Assembly: GCA_951804945.1 (NCBI GenBank)
Contig: OX638161.1
Location: 40,858,001-40,922,000 of the forward strand
DNA length: 64,000 nt
Direction of reading: 5' to 3'
Source of the DNA: Podarcis cretensis
Lineage: Eukaryota
The stretch's first letter is position 1, and every line of letters starts with the position of its first letter. Made by a program: the position numbers and the translations under genes. A model generated the notes under the pieces. That model was not told the origin of the DNA and did not search any database. It worked only from the letters and a program-made list of their open reading frames with translations. Positions 35,401-46,900 of the stretch are shown here, piece by piece.

Positions 35401-36471
35401 CATGGAAAAACTTGCAGTGGAAGCCGTTCGACTAACCGATGCGCATTCAAAAACGGAAGCAATTACTTCCAGGTTTTCGGTGTTCAGGTTCTGAATTGTT
35501 CTGCTTCTGAGATGCTCGAAAACCAAGGTTCCACAGTATTCAGGAGAGGGAGGGCAGTTGCTGTTCTTTGGGACTCTATAGGTATGGGTGGAGTAAGAGG
35601 CAGTTGGGCCAGCCCAGTATGACAACTAAGGGGTCTGCATACGGCTGGCTGACAGTACCAGGTTGTGGAGAGTGACTTTTTCCTACCCCCAACACAAACT
35701 TTCTTTTGCCTGTGTATGTGTTTCAGAGATGCCCTCTTCTCGCGCCATCCACTGCGTGCCTCTCCAGCTACTCCCACCCCAAAGAACCTAGCATTGGCTC
35801 ACGAGGAGCCCCCAGGCCGGTCACACATCCCAGCAGAGCGTGAGCATCGCTACGGAAGTCCGGCAGGTTCAGGCCACGCCTCCCGCTCCCCTTACCCAGA
35901 GCTGCCTCTGAAGAAGGAAGTGAAGGTCAAGGAGGAGCCTGAGTTGACGGGCTTCGAGGGGGCGCTGCGCACGGGGCCTCCCTTCCACAGCACCCTGCAT
36001 GTTTCCCACCCCCTGGGGACGCTGGCTGTGTTTGAGAGACCCCAGACTGGAACTGGCGGAAGCGTCTCCCCATACCTGGTTGCTGCCCCGCCCTCAGCTG
36101 CCTCCTATGCTGCGCTCGAAGCCTGGCGCGAGCCCTATCACCGGGGGCTGGAGCTGCACCCGCTACAGCGCCTGCCCCGCTACCTGGAGACCCCGTCGCC
36201 TGCCGCCACTGCCGCCGAGGACTACGAACGGGCCCGGTTATATGGCCTGGCGCCCCCACCCCACCCCAGCCTCATGGCCTATCCCCGCCATCCAAACGGG
36301 CTACTGGCAAAAGCCACCCCTGCTGCGGCTGCCGCCGCGGCTGCTGCCGCTGTAGGACTGCTGAGCGCCCCCCCGCCTCTCATCCCTGCTTCGAATGCTC
36401 GGCCCTGCTCCCCCCGCCGTGCTCCTGACATCCGGGAACTGGCAGCCTACAAGGACCGGGACTCCAGATAA
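19934..36471 (+). CDS. FBRS: Fibrosin (AUTS2/FBRS/FBRSL1 family, PRC1.3/1.5-associated), long isoform ~1036 aa
   Basis: join(19934-20329,23838-24011,25647-25682,26258-26287,27218-27266,27906-28311,29279-29517,30130-30329,30525-30569,30746-30841,31455-31523,31606-31635,31827-31898,32232-32364,33578-33664,33758-33841,35000-35219,35727-36471); phases consistent; total 3111 nt. Hallmarks: [90 protein letters not shown]. Position between PRR14 and SRCAP favours FBRS over AUTS2/FBRSL1. Confidence 0.92.
23612..23713. repeat. (ATT)n/(ATC)n microsatellite
   Basis: Direct inspection; it explains the poly-Ile in ORF 23534. Confidence 0.95.
25854..25877. repeat. (GT)n microsatellite
   Basis: Direct inspection. 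Confidence 0.9.
32394..32713 (-). mobile_element. L2-type LINE 3' end with (AAT)n tract, in FBRS intron 14
   Basis: A run of ~12 AAT units followed by TTTATACCCCGCCCATCTGGCTGGG...CTGGGCGGCTTCCAAC...GGGAGGGCGTTCCACAGGGTGGGTGCCACTACCAAGAAGGCCCTCTGCC, typical of lizard L2 elements in antisense orientation. Confidence 0.7.
33090..33490 (+). mobile_element. Older L2-type LINE 3' fragment
   Basis: GAGAGCCTTTTCTTTGGCTGCTCCTATATTGTGGAATTCCCTCCC...GGAAAAGGCAGACTATAAAT resembles an L2 ORF2 end (RAFS.AAP.LWNSLP) plus 3' UTR. Confidence 0.55.
34646..34852 (+). mobile_element. CR1 LINE 3' end
   Basis: ...GAGAACAGGATGCTGGACTAGGTTTGCCATTGGCTTGATCCAGCAGGCTCTTTTTATATTCTTAT, resembling a squamate CR1 terminus. 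Confidence 0.65.
35295..35536. mobile_element. Tc1/mariner (Tigger-like) MITE
   Basis: TA|CAGTGGAACCTCTGTTTTTGAAC ... CTCGAAAACCAAGGTTCCACAG|TA: imperfect TIRs with a TA target duplication; related to 54322-55048. Confidence 0.75.
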
Positions 36472-37260
36472 TGGTGCTCTGGGACATGTGTGCACCTGTA
36501 TCAAGCAGCTTCCCTTGTCTCCAGTGGACTGGTGGGGTCAGCGTGAGCCCTGGGCAGAGAAACCGAGCCCCCCATCCCCTTCCTGTCAGGCAGGGATAAG
36601 AGTGCAGCTTCCTGCTGCCTTAACCTGAGGAGCACCCAGCCACCCCTCCCAGAAGGACTTTCGCCTCCTTCAGCTATGAATAGTTGGAACCTCTTCCAAG
36701 CTCAGGTTGGGGCTTAAGAGATATGGGGTGTGATGTCTCTGTTTTAGAGGTGTTTGTGGCGGAGGGAGGGCAGGAGTCGAGGGGCTGGTGTGCCCCCGGT
36801 TTCGGGTCCCGGTTTCTTCCCAGATCCCTCTTCCTAACAGGTTTTGTGTCTGCTTCCAGTATTCCTGCTGGGCTGAAATGGCTCTGGGGTGTGTTCTTCT
36901 CCCTCAATGGACTGATGGGAAAGCTGCTTTCAGGGGAAGGGGGAGGGCTGTATCTTGGGGCACCTCCCCCTGCCAGGCAGTGTAAATATTTATATATTCT
37001 GCCCCAAGCAGGTGGGGGAAAAGGTTTTTTTGTACATTTATAAAAGGTTTGAGATTGTGATTTTAAAAGTGACTTCTCCCTCTTCTCCTGTCCTCCCCCC
37101 ACGCCTCCCCTAGTTTTTACTATACTGCTCTTTTCTATACCTGTATCCGCACCCTCTCCACCTCCCGGTCCCTTTCCTCCTTCTGTAACTGATCGGAAAG
37201 GTGCAGTGAGGAGGGTGCAATGCACTTGTCCAGTGCCCCTTTTCTTCCCCAGGTTGGTTA

Positions 37261-37266
37261 ATTAAA
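37261..37266 (+). terminator. FBRS: Probable polyadenylation signal of FBRS (ATTAAA)
   Basis: ATTAAA ~790 nt after the stop, followed by GT-rich sequence; the 3' UTR also has TGTAAATA (Pumilio-type element) at 36981. Confidence 0.5.
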
Positions 37267-38538
37267 CCCCAAACTGGTGCTTCTGGATTCCTCGGTGTGT
37301 GCGTGTGTGTCTTTGGATGGCTGGTGGGGAGGAGGGCAGGAGGAAGAGGAGGGAAGCACAATACCTCTACAATCTTTCTCACTCGAATCCTGGGTGTTTA
37401 GCCCCATCTGTTGCAAGCAGGACACTATTAGATTAAAACTGGAGCTCCGGGAAAGGGAGGCTGGCACCCTGGACGAGTATAATTTTTGTAGCCCTTTAAA
37501 AGATGAAAGGGAACAAGACTTGGAGCCAAACTGTACACTGTTTGATCAAGATTCCCCCAAAAGCATCACATCTCCAGAGCAATTGTGACGGTATGGAAGT
37601 AGGACACTGGTTTTACAGGAGGTGAAACACTTTGGCGTCAACTGTGTTTTTGCTTTGGAAGAGAAATGAAAGCCTCATTTTCATCTCCCTCTTCCCTCAC
37701 CCTTTTGCTTTAGGGACAGAGTGATAAACCAGTGCGAGTGGCTGCCTGAAATTGAAAGTGGGTTTTCCATTTTCCTGCCTCCACCGTTAATCCTTCCTGC
37801 ACAAGTCCTAGACTTATAGCCCAGCAGACAAAGCCCTTTCTCCAAAGCATGATCCCACACCCCAGAGAGCAACTTAAGAAATGCCCATTTAAAAGCTAAC
37901 ACCTGCCAGGGAGTTGGGCAAAATCAAATGGTCCAAGATACCTGCATGACAGACTTCGGAACTCCTTTGAAGTTGGGACAAAGTATGTTTTGGTGCCTCT
38001 CACTTTGCATTGCTATAAGCCATGCCAAGACACTAAGGTCTACAGGTAGCCCCTACCAGTCATACCCAGAGGTTTCCCCACCCAAGCGTGGTATCTCACT
38101 TTGCTAGCAACTATTGAACACTGAGCTAGATTTGATTGTTGCTCTAAGCAGCACTAAAAGCCCTAAGGATTTCTCTTTTTACCCCAAAGGCTGGATTCTC
38201 ATTATTATGAGTTGCCCTAAATCATGCCAAATGAGAGTGGAGGAGGAAGTAGGCCATTGATGCTGCTCGTAGCCTGGTTGTTTATGGCAAGTGACCCGTC
38301 CATAATCCGCTTTCAAACCAGTAGTTGTCAGTCTTCGACACCTCTGCCACAAACACTTCCTAATGTTGAGAAAGTACACAGAAAGGGCAGACATTTCCAA
38401 ATCCTGTACCGTCCTGGTATATTATAAAACTAGATTGGCAGTGTGGAATTGTTGTCATTGGGGAAATCCCCTGGCTATCACCAGCCTGAGATCTCTGATT
38501 CTGGAGTTTTCTTTCACATCCCTTCCAACTCCTTAACG

Positions 38539-38661
38539 TAAGGTTACCAGATTTTTTTCAATGAACCTGGAGACACTTTTCATCTTCAATGGATTTTGTA
38601 TGGGGGCTGATTTGTAAATCCAGGGACTGTCCCCGGGAAATGGGGACATCTGGTAACCATA
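38539..38661. mobile_element. Short hAT-like MITE
   Basis: Inverted termini TAAGGTTACCAGA ... TCTGGTAACCATA; no clear TSD. Confidence 0.55.
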
Positions 38662-40550
38662 GGCTGTTTGGGCTTTGGTAGAATCTGGGGGAAAGTGATA
38701 AAATATGTGGCATTACAGCCAGAAACGAGCCAGGCCCAGAACTACTACCAGGTTGCACACTAATTTTTCTCCATTCTCAATTCAAAAGCCACATCTTGTT
38801 CATTGCAATCCCTTGGAAATCTCACTAAATACTGAATGGCCATGATTACATAAGTGACATATATATTATTTGGTTTATACTTCTTGTATTTTCACAAAAG
38901 TTCTCCATTGCAGCAATTTTTTAATCTCTCTGATAAGAATAGGACTGAAGAGGTAGGTAAAATTGAAAGTTTCTTGTCTGTGAAGTTTGCTTTGTACTTT
39001 TCTGCTTTCTAGTAGTCTAAATGTTTGTCACTGTCTCCAACCAGGAGGGAGCAAAGAATCTGGAGCGACAATGACTGGAATCCAAAATCTCTTTTAAAAC
39101 CACTTTAATAAGAATGAACTTTTCTTTCCACTGCCAAGCTACAAATTTAGAGATTTTATCATGCTCTACGAGGTGATGCAGGGAACAGTTTTGCAGAAAT
39201 GAGTGCAACTAGCCAAATGCTATATCCTAGGTTACTTTTACTTTTTATACATAAAAACAAACAAACAAAAAACCACCTACATGCCTGGTTCAGTTTGGAC
39301 TGAGGCTCGGGTCTGAAACATGAAGTATTGGAAAAGTGTAGTAGTCCTTACTCTTGCCTTTTATACTCCACTGTCTACAAATTCACAAATTGAATTGGGT
39401 GGCAAAAGCTTTTAGGAAATCAGGAATCCTGCAGTTTTCAATCTAATTTGGGATTGTGTCTCCCAGCTTTTTAAAATGGGTTTATTTTTATATTTTTAAC
39501 ACACAAAGATACATGATCTCTTTGGGGTGGTACAGAATTATCCAGAAGACTGAGATGGATCTCTAATGTCCAATCTTCTTGATGAGCTGTTTTGTATGAT
39601 TTTTTTTTTAAAAAAACTGGTAGATCAAAAAAGGTTCCCAATTGTCCAAAAAAACAGAATCCCTGTAGTAGTTTATAGCAAGTGATTGTTACTGTTAACT
39701 GACCTTTGTCAAATGGGAGCCAGTCCTTCAGAGTAGGCAAACTGACTCTTCCCATATTTTGTAATCAGAATATGCACTGTAACACGTAGATTATTTAGTA
39801 AATATTGATGCTTTTATAGTATGTTGCCAAAATATTCCCAGTGACATAATTTCTGGTCTCAAAAGTAATACTTGTGAAAAAAGTTAAAGCAAGAGGTTTC
39901 CAAATGATAGCTGTCATTGGAAAGTAGTTATCACATATAGGAATGCTACGGGTTTTTTTAATTGCCATGCGAACATCCCGAAGCTGCTAATACTACAGTC
40001 CTAATTCAATGGGACTTACTCCCAAGTAAGTATTGCATCTTAAACTGTACATCCTCTTTAAACTCAGTGGTGTTGATAAAAAAAGATAAAAATTATTTCC
40101 GGGTTGAATATCCACTGAGATTTCTAGACCGCCAACACAGATTTCAACCTAGTCCCAAGTTAGGTCTATTGATTTAACTGACCTTGTTCTATGTGTGACT
40201 AAAATTGGATACCATCCTATGACAATTTATTGTATAGTGAAAATGAATTTATAAACCCCTGGTAAAAACCTTCTGAGGTGTTGTCCTCAGGAGTTCTTCT
40301 ACATATGTTTCCATTTGTTCCTTCAGAACTGGATGTCATTCATGGAATGTGTGGCTTTTTCCCTTTTATGATGAAAATAAAAGTTATCTGAAAGAAACAT
40401 GTCACAGATGAAGGCATTTTAATGAATTGTTTTAAGAACAGAAGAATCTAGTTCCAGAACACAATCAGCAAAGCTTGCATTTGTGTCTGCAACAAGCGGA
40501 GCTACGTACAGCAGTGATAGAAAACTAATGCTTTAGGTCATGCTAGACCT

Positions 40551-40903
40551 GTAAAGGTAAAGGGACCCCTGACCATTAGGTCCAGTTGTGGCCGACTCTG
40601 GGGTTGCGGCGCTCATCTCGCTTTATTGGCCGAGGGAGCCGGCGTACAGCTTCTGGGTCATGTGGCCAGCCTGACTAAGCCGCTTCTGGCAAACCAGAGC
40701 AGCGCACGGAAACGCCGTTTACCTTCCCGCTGGAGTAGTACCTATTTATCTACTTGCACTTTGACGTGCTTTCGAACTGCTAGGTGGGCAGGAGCGGGAA
40801 CCGAGCAACAGGAGCTCACCCCGTCACGGGGATTCGAACCACCGACCTTCTGATCAGCAAGTCCTAGGCTCTGTGATTTAACCCACAGCGCCACCCACGT
40901 CCC
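40551..40903 (-). mobile_element. Full-length Sauria SINE
   Basis: Minus strand begins GGGACGTGGGTGGCGCTGTGGGTTAAA (A box), has GGTTCGAATCC (B box) and ends in (ACCTTT)n; flanked by a perfect 13-bp TSD TCATGCTAGACCT (40538-40550 / 40904-40916). Confidence 0.9.
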
Positions 40904-42109
40904 TCATGCTAGACCTATAGTTTGACTTAAATGTAAGGCAACATTATATGGCTATCAGTTTAGATTTAACTGGTTTTTTTAAACAGCACACACACAAACT
41001 TACCAAGCAGCACTCCAATCCAGAAGTCCAAAACTTCCATGGGTTCATGCATCCTTTTTAATATCTTGTGGGAAAGGGGGCGACGACGGACAGACACTCA
41101 CTCTCTCTTGTCATCACTTATGACAGTGGGACCTACGGAAGGAGTTAATAAAAATGTTTTTTTTACAATTAAAAAATGGCAAATAAGGAGGAATCTTGGG
41201 GAGGGGGCTGGATACATCCTGTGGGCTGCAGGTTAGCTATTCCTGCTACACAGAATAGTGGTTTAAATAAATTAAAAGTTGCCATATGTTCACAATTACA
41301 AACTGGCTTGATCAAAGATGTTAGTACTCGATATAGCTACAATTTTGCTAAAAATCCCTATGTGTTTAGGACTGCAGCATTAACTTGATTTATCCTCAGA
41401 ATAATTGGGAGGGTGTCCTAGCTAGCCGTTAGTATTTGTTTTTTCCACTGCAGCCAATTAGTCAATGGCAGAGGTAGGACTGGAATATAGGCCTCTCGCA
41501 TATTAAGTCAAGTAGACATTGCATTATATAGTCTGTCTCTGTCCCCATTGTTTTATGTTTGTTGGACAGGCCGAATCCTGAACCATCTATCTAGAATAGA
41601 AGTGAAGAAGAGCAAATATTTGTTAAGCGTCATCCTCTTATTTTATTTAGAAATTAACTGTGACTTATAGTTATCAAAGCAATAAATACAGTAATAAAAA
41701 CATAATTAAGAGCAGGTAAAAATGAGTTTATAAGCAGGTAGCTTAAGGCTTTAACATGAACCTAAAATGTTTATTCAAAAGTAACATCTATTAAGTTCAA
41801 TAGGGTTTACTGCCAACTGTGTGTATAGGATTAGGGCCTCGACCACATGAACATGAAAAGGTCTATGCTACATCTAAAATGAAAATACTGGTTTTGAAAT
41901 AACTTTCATATTTGCTTTAAGTGCCAATGAGTTCTTTCCCCTTCCCTTGCCAAGTTAGCCAGGCTCACTTTTGCATCTAACGTCAAAATTTGGAATTGGT
42001 TCCCTTTGGAGAAATCAGGATTTCAAACTCAGAACTCATTGAAGCTCTGGAGTTCCCAATGCAGATTTATGACCTGTAAAGTCAGTGCACTGGAAGTTTT
42101 GAAATGAGC

Positions 42110-43600
42110 TCGAAATGTTGTCAACAACGTCTTGTCAACCTCGTTTTGCGCGACGGTGCGAGCACCCTCCCATGTAAACAATATTCATTGAAACTTTCCT
42201 GACTTCCAAAGTCGCATCCGAAGTATCTGCGAGTCCTAGGGGAACTGCATGTTTTCACGAGCCAAAGCTGCCTCTTCCCATTCATAAGCACGGTGTGCAT
42301 CTTGTTTTGAGCACCTTCGAATAGTCGCGCCAGCCCGCCCAGCGAACAATTGGAAGAATTTTTGAGGAAAGACAAATCGAGTCCTCCCTCCCTCCCTCCG
42401 TCCGAAAGAGAGAGGGAGACTCCAATCCCCAGCATCCCCCAGGACTCCATTTCCCAGCATGCTCTTCACTCGCGATGGCCTTTCCCTCGCCCCGCGGGCT
42501 CGCAGTCCCGCATCCCGCTCTATCTGATTGTGAGGGAGAAGAGCGCCGTCTTCCGCAATTCTTCTGGCCCGTGGCCTCTCGCCGGGACGCCGCCCTCCCG
42601 CGCGACGCGCCTGTGAGACACTTTGGGTTTGAGTTTCTTTTCTCTTTCTCCACGCACGCACACCCTCCTTCGCGTTACCCGAGCTCTCGCGAGACTTGAG
42701 CGCCGAGGCCGGCGGGTGGAGGGAGCGGTGGGAGGAGGGAGGGGCTGGCCCTGGCGCTTGGTGGTGGCGGCCGCCATTTTGCCGCGGCGGGTCGGGTCTG
42801 GCTCGGCGGGGCCTGGTTAGGGATCAGCATCCGGGTGGGAGGGGTGGGCGACGTGCCGAGGAGCACCGGCGAAGGCCGCGCAAAGGGAGAAGTCGCGCGG
42901 GAGAGGCCTGGGGGCCGCGGATGGCGGCGGATTCTCTCCGGCCGAGGCGGCGGCGCTGGGGCTGAGGCGGCGGCAGGAGGAGGCGGGGCAGGAGGCGCCT
43001 CCCCTCCCTCCTCCCTCCTCCCCCCTCCCACCCAGGTAAGATGGCGGACCGGCCGGGGCTCTACTCCTCTCGCTCACACCCACCTCCCTGGAAGGGTGCA
43101 AGTCTCTGCTTCGAGTCGGGAGGGAAAAGTGAGGAAACAGATAAGAGCGCGCGCGTGTGCCTGGTTGCCGGTGGTCGCGCGCGCGCGCGCGCGGCCTTTT
43201 ACCTCCCCCGTCCCTTCCTCTCTCCCGTCGGTTATTTCCCTCCCCTGCCTATAGAGGGCGCACTAATGGAGTGTGGCGGGGCGGGAAATAAGAGAAAGGA
43301 GCCAATGTGGGAGCCGCACGCGCTTACCCAGCCAACGGCCGCTCTCAATGCTGGCCTATTATTACTTCACCTATCGCCCTCCTCCCACCCCCCCCTCACC
43401 TCGTTTCCTCGCGCGCCGCGAAACCGACCAACCAACGGCCGCCTGGGTGGGGGAGGGGCGAGCGGGGATTCTCAGGGGACTAGGGAGGGAGGGCGAGGGA
43501 GGGAGGGTTTTGGGGGAAACCGGGGCGGGGTCAAGGGGTCAAAGGGGAAAGGTGGGAGGGAAAGGGTGACAAAGGGGTTAAAGGGTGGGGGGAAATCAAA
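42110..43600 (+). promoter_or_regulatory. SRCAP: CpG island / SRCAP promoter and first exon (ends 43035)
   Basis: Very CpG-rich; palindromic TCTCGCGAGA (BANP/ZBTB33-type) at 42685-42694; YY1 CCGCCATTTT at 42771-42780; consensus donor CAG|GTAAGA at 43035/43036. Confidence 0.8.
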
Positions 43601-43916
43601 GGGCATCTAACTTGTGCTGAAAAAGAAAGAAACTAGGCGTCAGAGGGGGAATCACTTTCGATTAGGATGCAATGAATGAATAAATGCAGGATTGCGGGTA
43701 CAAGGATTGATTTTTAGCGGGGCGCAAAGGTTCTGCGAAAGGGTGGCAAATTCAAAGGGTATTAGGGTATCATCTGGAACTTGAGCCATTGCACTGCTCT
43801 AGGGTTTGGGTGGCTAGTGATAATACTTGAAAAGTTGGGAGGGGGTTGCAGTTACTTAGCACCATCAAAGTTTTGCAAGAAACCAGACCAGAAATAAGTG
43901 AAAGGTTAATGTGGTC

Positions 43917-46900
43917 ATGGAGCCTGAGGAGGGGCAGGCTGAAGCTCAGGATGATAGGAAGGGAAAGGAGGCTGTAGTGAATGAAGAGACCACAGTGGAA
44001 GGACCTCCCAATGAGGCAGAGAGAAAGATAACTGGATTGCTTCCAGAGACAGGTGTGGGACAGGGAGAGGCTAAAGACTCAGAGGCAGAAGAGGAGGCTG
44101 AAAAAGAACATGAAGCACCAACTACTAGAGAGTTGATGGAACCAGACCAGGATACATTTGGACCCTTAGCAGAACTGGATAGGGGGGTGGCTGAGGATGC
44201 ACTGAAAAGAGAAGTGGCATTAGGAATGTCTGGGGAAGAGGCTGAGGAAATTATTGAACCAGATCTGAGAAAAGCAGAAGAGTTGGAGACAGTGATTCTT
44301 GAGGAACTTCAGCTTAAGAGTAATAGAGAGAAAGAAGAAGTTGAAGAGTCAAGAGAACCAAATCAGGAGGAAACCAGTGTTTTTGGGAGCCCAGACGAGA
44401 GGGAAGCTGAGGGGAAGACTGGAAAAGGAATGGATCAGCAGGAGACTCAGGAATTTATTCATGAGGAAGAAACACTGCTTGGAGAGGGTGAAATGGTTCT
44501 AGAAATGGGGGGAAATTGGACTGAGGAGTTGGCAGGGCCGGACCACGGGAAAGAAGAGGATTTGGTAGAAGAGGACCATGTAGATTCTGGAGAGAGGGTT
44601 GAAAAGGGAGATGAACAGGAAAAGTTGATGGAACTGGAAGAGAGGGAAGCTGAGGCAACTGTCAGGGAAGATGAGGCAGTGGGGGAGGCTGAAAAGATGC
44701 CAGAGTCGATGGAGGTGGGAGAGAGTGACAAAGAAGGCGAATCAACAGATAATCATGGAGAAATGGAGGAGTTGTCAGGACTGGGTCAAGGGGAGATCCT
44801 AGAGGTCACTGGAAAGGAAGAGGATGTGGCACCTGCAATTGACTATGAGGAAACTGAGAAGGTGCCAGATGTAAATGAGAGAGAGCTAGAGGAAGTGACT
44901 GCAGAGGAAGATGCAATATTAGCAAGGGGTGGGGAGGAGTTGGTAGGACTAGGTCAGGGGGAAATTGAGGTGTTGACTGGAGAGGAGGAACCAGTTTTGG
45001 GTAAGAGGGAGGCGGAGATGACAGTTGGACCAAGTGAGGAGGGACTTGGTGAGGAAATTGAAAGGGAAAACAGGGTATCTGGAGTAGATCAGAGAGAGGC
45101 TGAAAGCATGATTGTGGAAGGAGATTTGGCATCATCAGAGGGTTGGGGGGAAGTTGAAGACTTGGAGAAGTCAAGCAGGGGAGAAGCAGAGGAGGTGGCA
45201 CCATTAATGGATCAAGTTAAAGCTGAAGTCCTACAAGAAGATCTGAGGGGGTCAGAGTTGGTGATTGCTGAGAGAGAGGCAGGTGCAGCTGAGGAGAAGG
45301 CTGAGCATTTGGTGGTGGCAAGTCAGGGAGAAGTTGAGGGTAAGACTGAAAAAGAAAGTATGGCATCAACACTGGATCAGGGATCACCAAGAATAGATGA
45401 AAAGCAGGCAGAAGAGGTGGCTGCAGAGAAAGATGTGGAATCAGTAGAAGATCAAAAGCAAGTTGAGGATTTGGCTGGGATAAGTCAGGGTGAGATTGGC
45501 AGTATGGTAGCCACAGTGGAGGAAGGGGAAGATAAGAGGGAGGCAGAGGTGGCAACTTCAAAGAGAGATGTAGCATTTATTGAGGGGGAGGGTTTGGTAG
45601 TGACAAGTCAGGTAGAGACTGAGGAGGTGACTGTCAAGGAGGATATGATACACGTGGCTCTTGATGTGGCTGAGCAAGTGATAGGAGCAGCTCAGAGGGA
45701 AACAGAAAAGATGAGTGCAGTGGGTCAGGAAGAAGGAAGGGAGGAGGCAGTGGGAGCACCAGTGAGAGTAGCTGGAGCACAAGAAGAAACTGGAGGCCTG
45801 GAGGAAGAACTTGTGCAAAGTCAGGAGATGGGGCCTGGAGAAGAGGTGAAACTAGGAACTAGTCAGGAGAAAGTTGAGCTAGCAGAACCAGAACAAAGGG
45901 AGACAAAAGAGCAAGTAGGACTTGATCAGGGAGAAGCCAAGCAGTTGGGTTCAACTGAGAGGGTTACTAGGGAGGAATCTCGAGAAATAAGAGAGGCATT
46001 ATTCAGGGATCAGAGTGATACTAAGGTGCTGGTGGAACCATTTCAGGGACCAGTAGTGGAGGTTACAAGTGTAGGTGAGATTGTGTTGACTGAGCAGCAT
46101 CAAGGTACTGTGGGAAGAAAGGTACCCTCTCAGGAGAAGACATTAGTTTGGAGCCCAGAATTAGAAGAACAGTTGGGAGGACCAACTCAGGAGATGGCAG
46201 GCGTGCCTTCCAGGGAGGGGATATTGAGTCAAAGGGCAAAACCAAGTGAAGAAGATACCAGAGTCACTTGGTTGGCATCTGATACGAACCTGGCTCAAGG
46301 TCAAGTGGAACCAAGCCTGAAGGTGGCTGAATTGAATAAATCAGGTTCCTCAGTGCTGTCATCACATTTGTCACAGCGCACTGCCATAGGAAGTCAAGAG
46401 GAACGTCGCAAGTTGAAGGGGAAAATAATTTCAGGGTTGGCAGGATTACGGCAAGGGCCAATACTGGTACCACATCAAGGGGCAACACGCTTATCTGGAT
46501 TCCGTCGTGGAGTGCTGGAGCACAGGGCTCCAGGGTTGATTGTGACCAGTTTAACAGCAATGGCTAAGCAAAAGGGAATGATTAAGGAGGCTCGTACGCA
46601 ACTGGGAAAGGGTGAATTAGATCAGAGGGAGACACGATCAGCTGAATTGAGGTCTCGTGCAATTAGGGTTAAAGTAGGTGAGCCGGTGGTTATGATGGGG
46701 TACAGAATTGGACGGGAAGGGATGTCATGTTTCTCTGAGGCAGATAACAGGATAGAGAGCTTTCAGCAGGTTCCTGTGATGGAGGAGGCAGGAAAGGGAT
46801 CTGATCAGACCCCAGCAGAACCCCCGAGGCAGGAACAGATAGTTAAGGAGTTGGAGATACTGGCCAAGGATGTTGATGACAGAGCAAGGCAACATCCAGA

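Noticed and set aside
42121-43610. Multiple ORFs or a possible antisense gene at the SRCAP promoter
   Set aside because: CpG-island artefacts; divergent non-coding transcription is plausible but cannot be supported from sequence alone.
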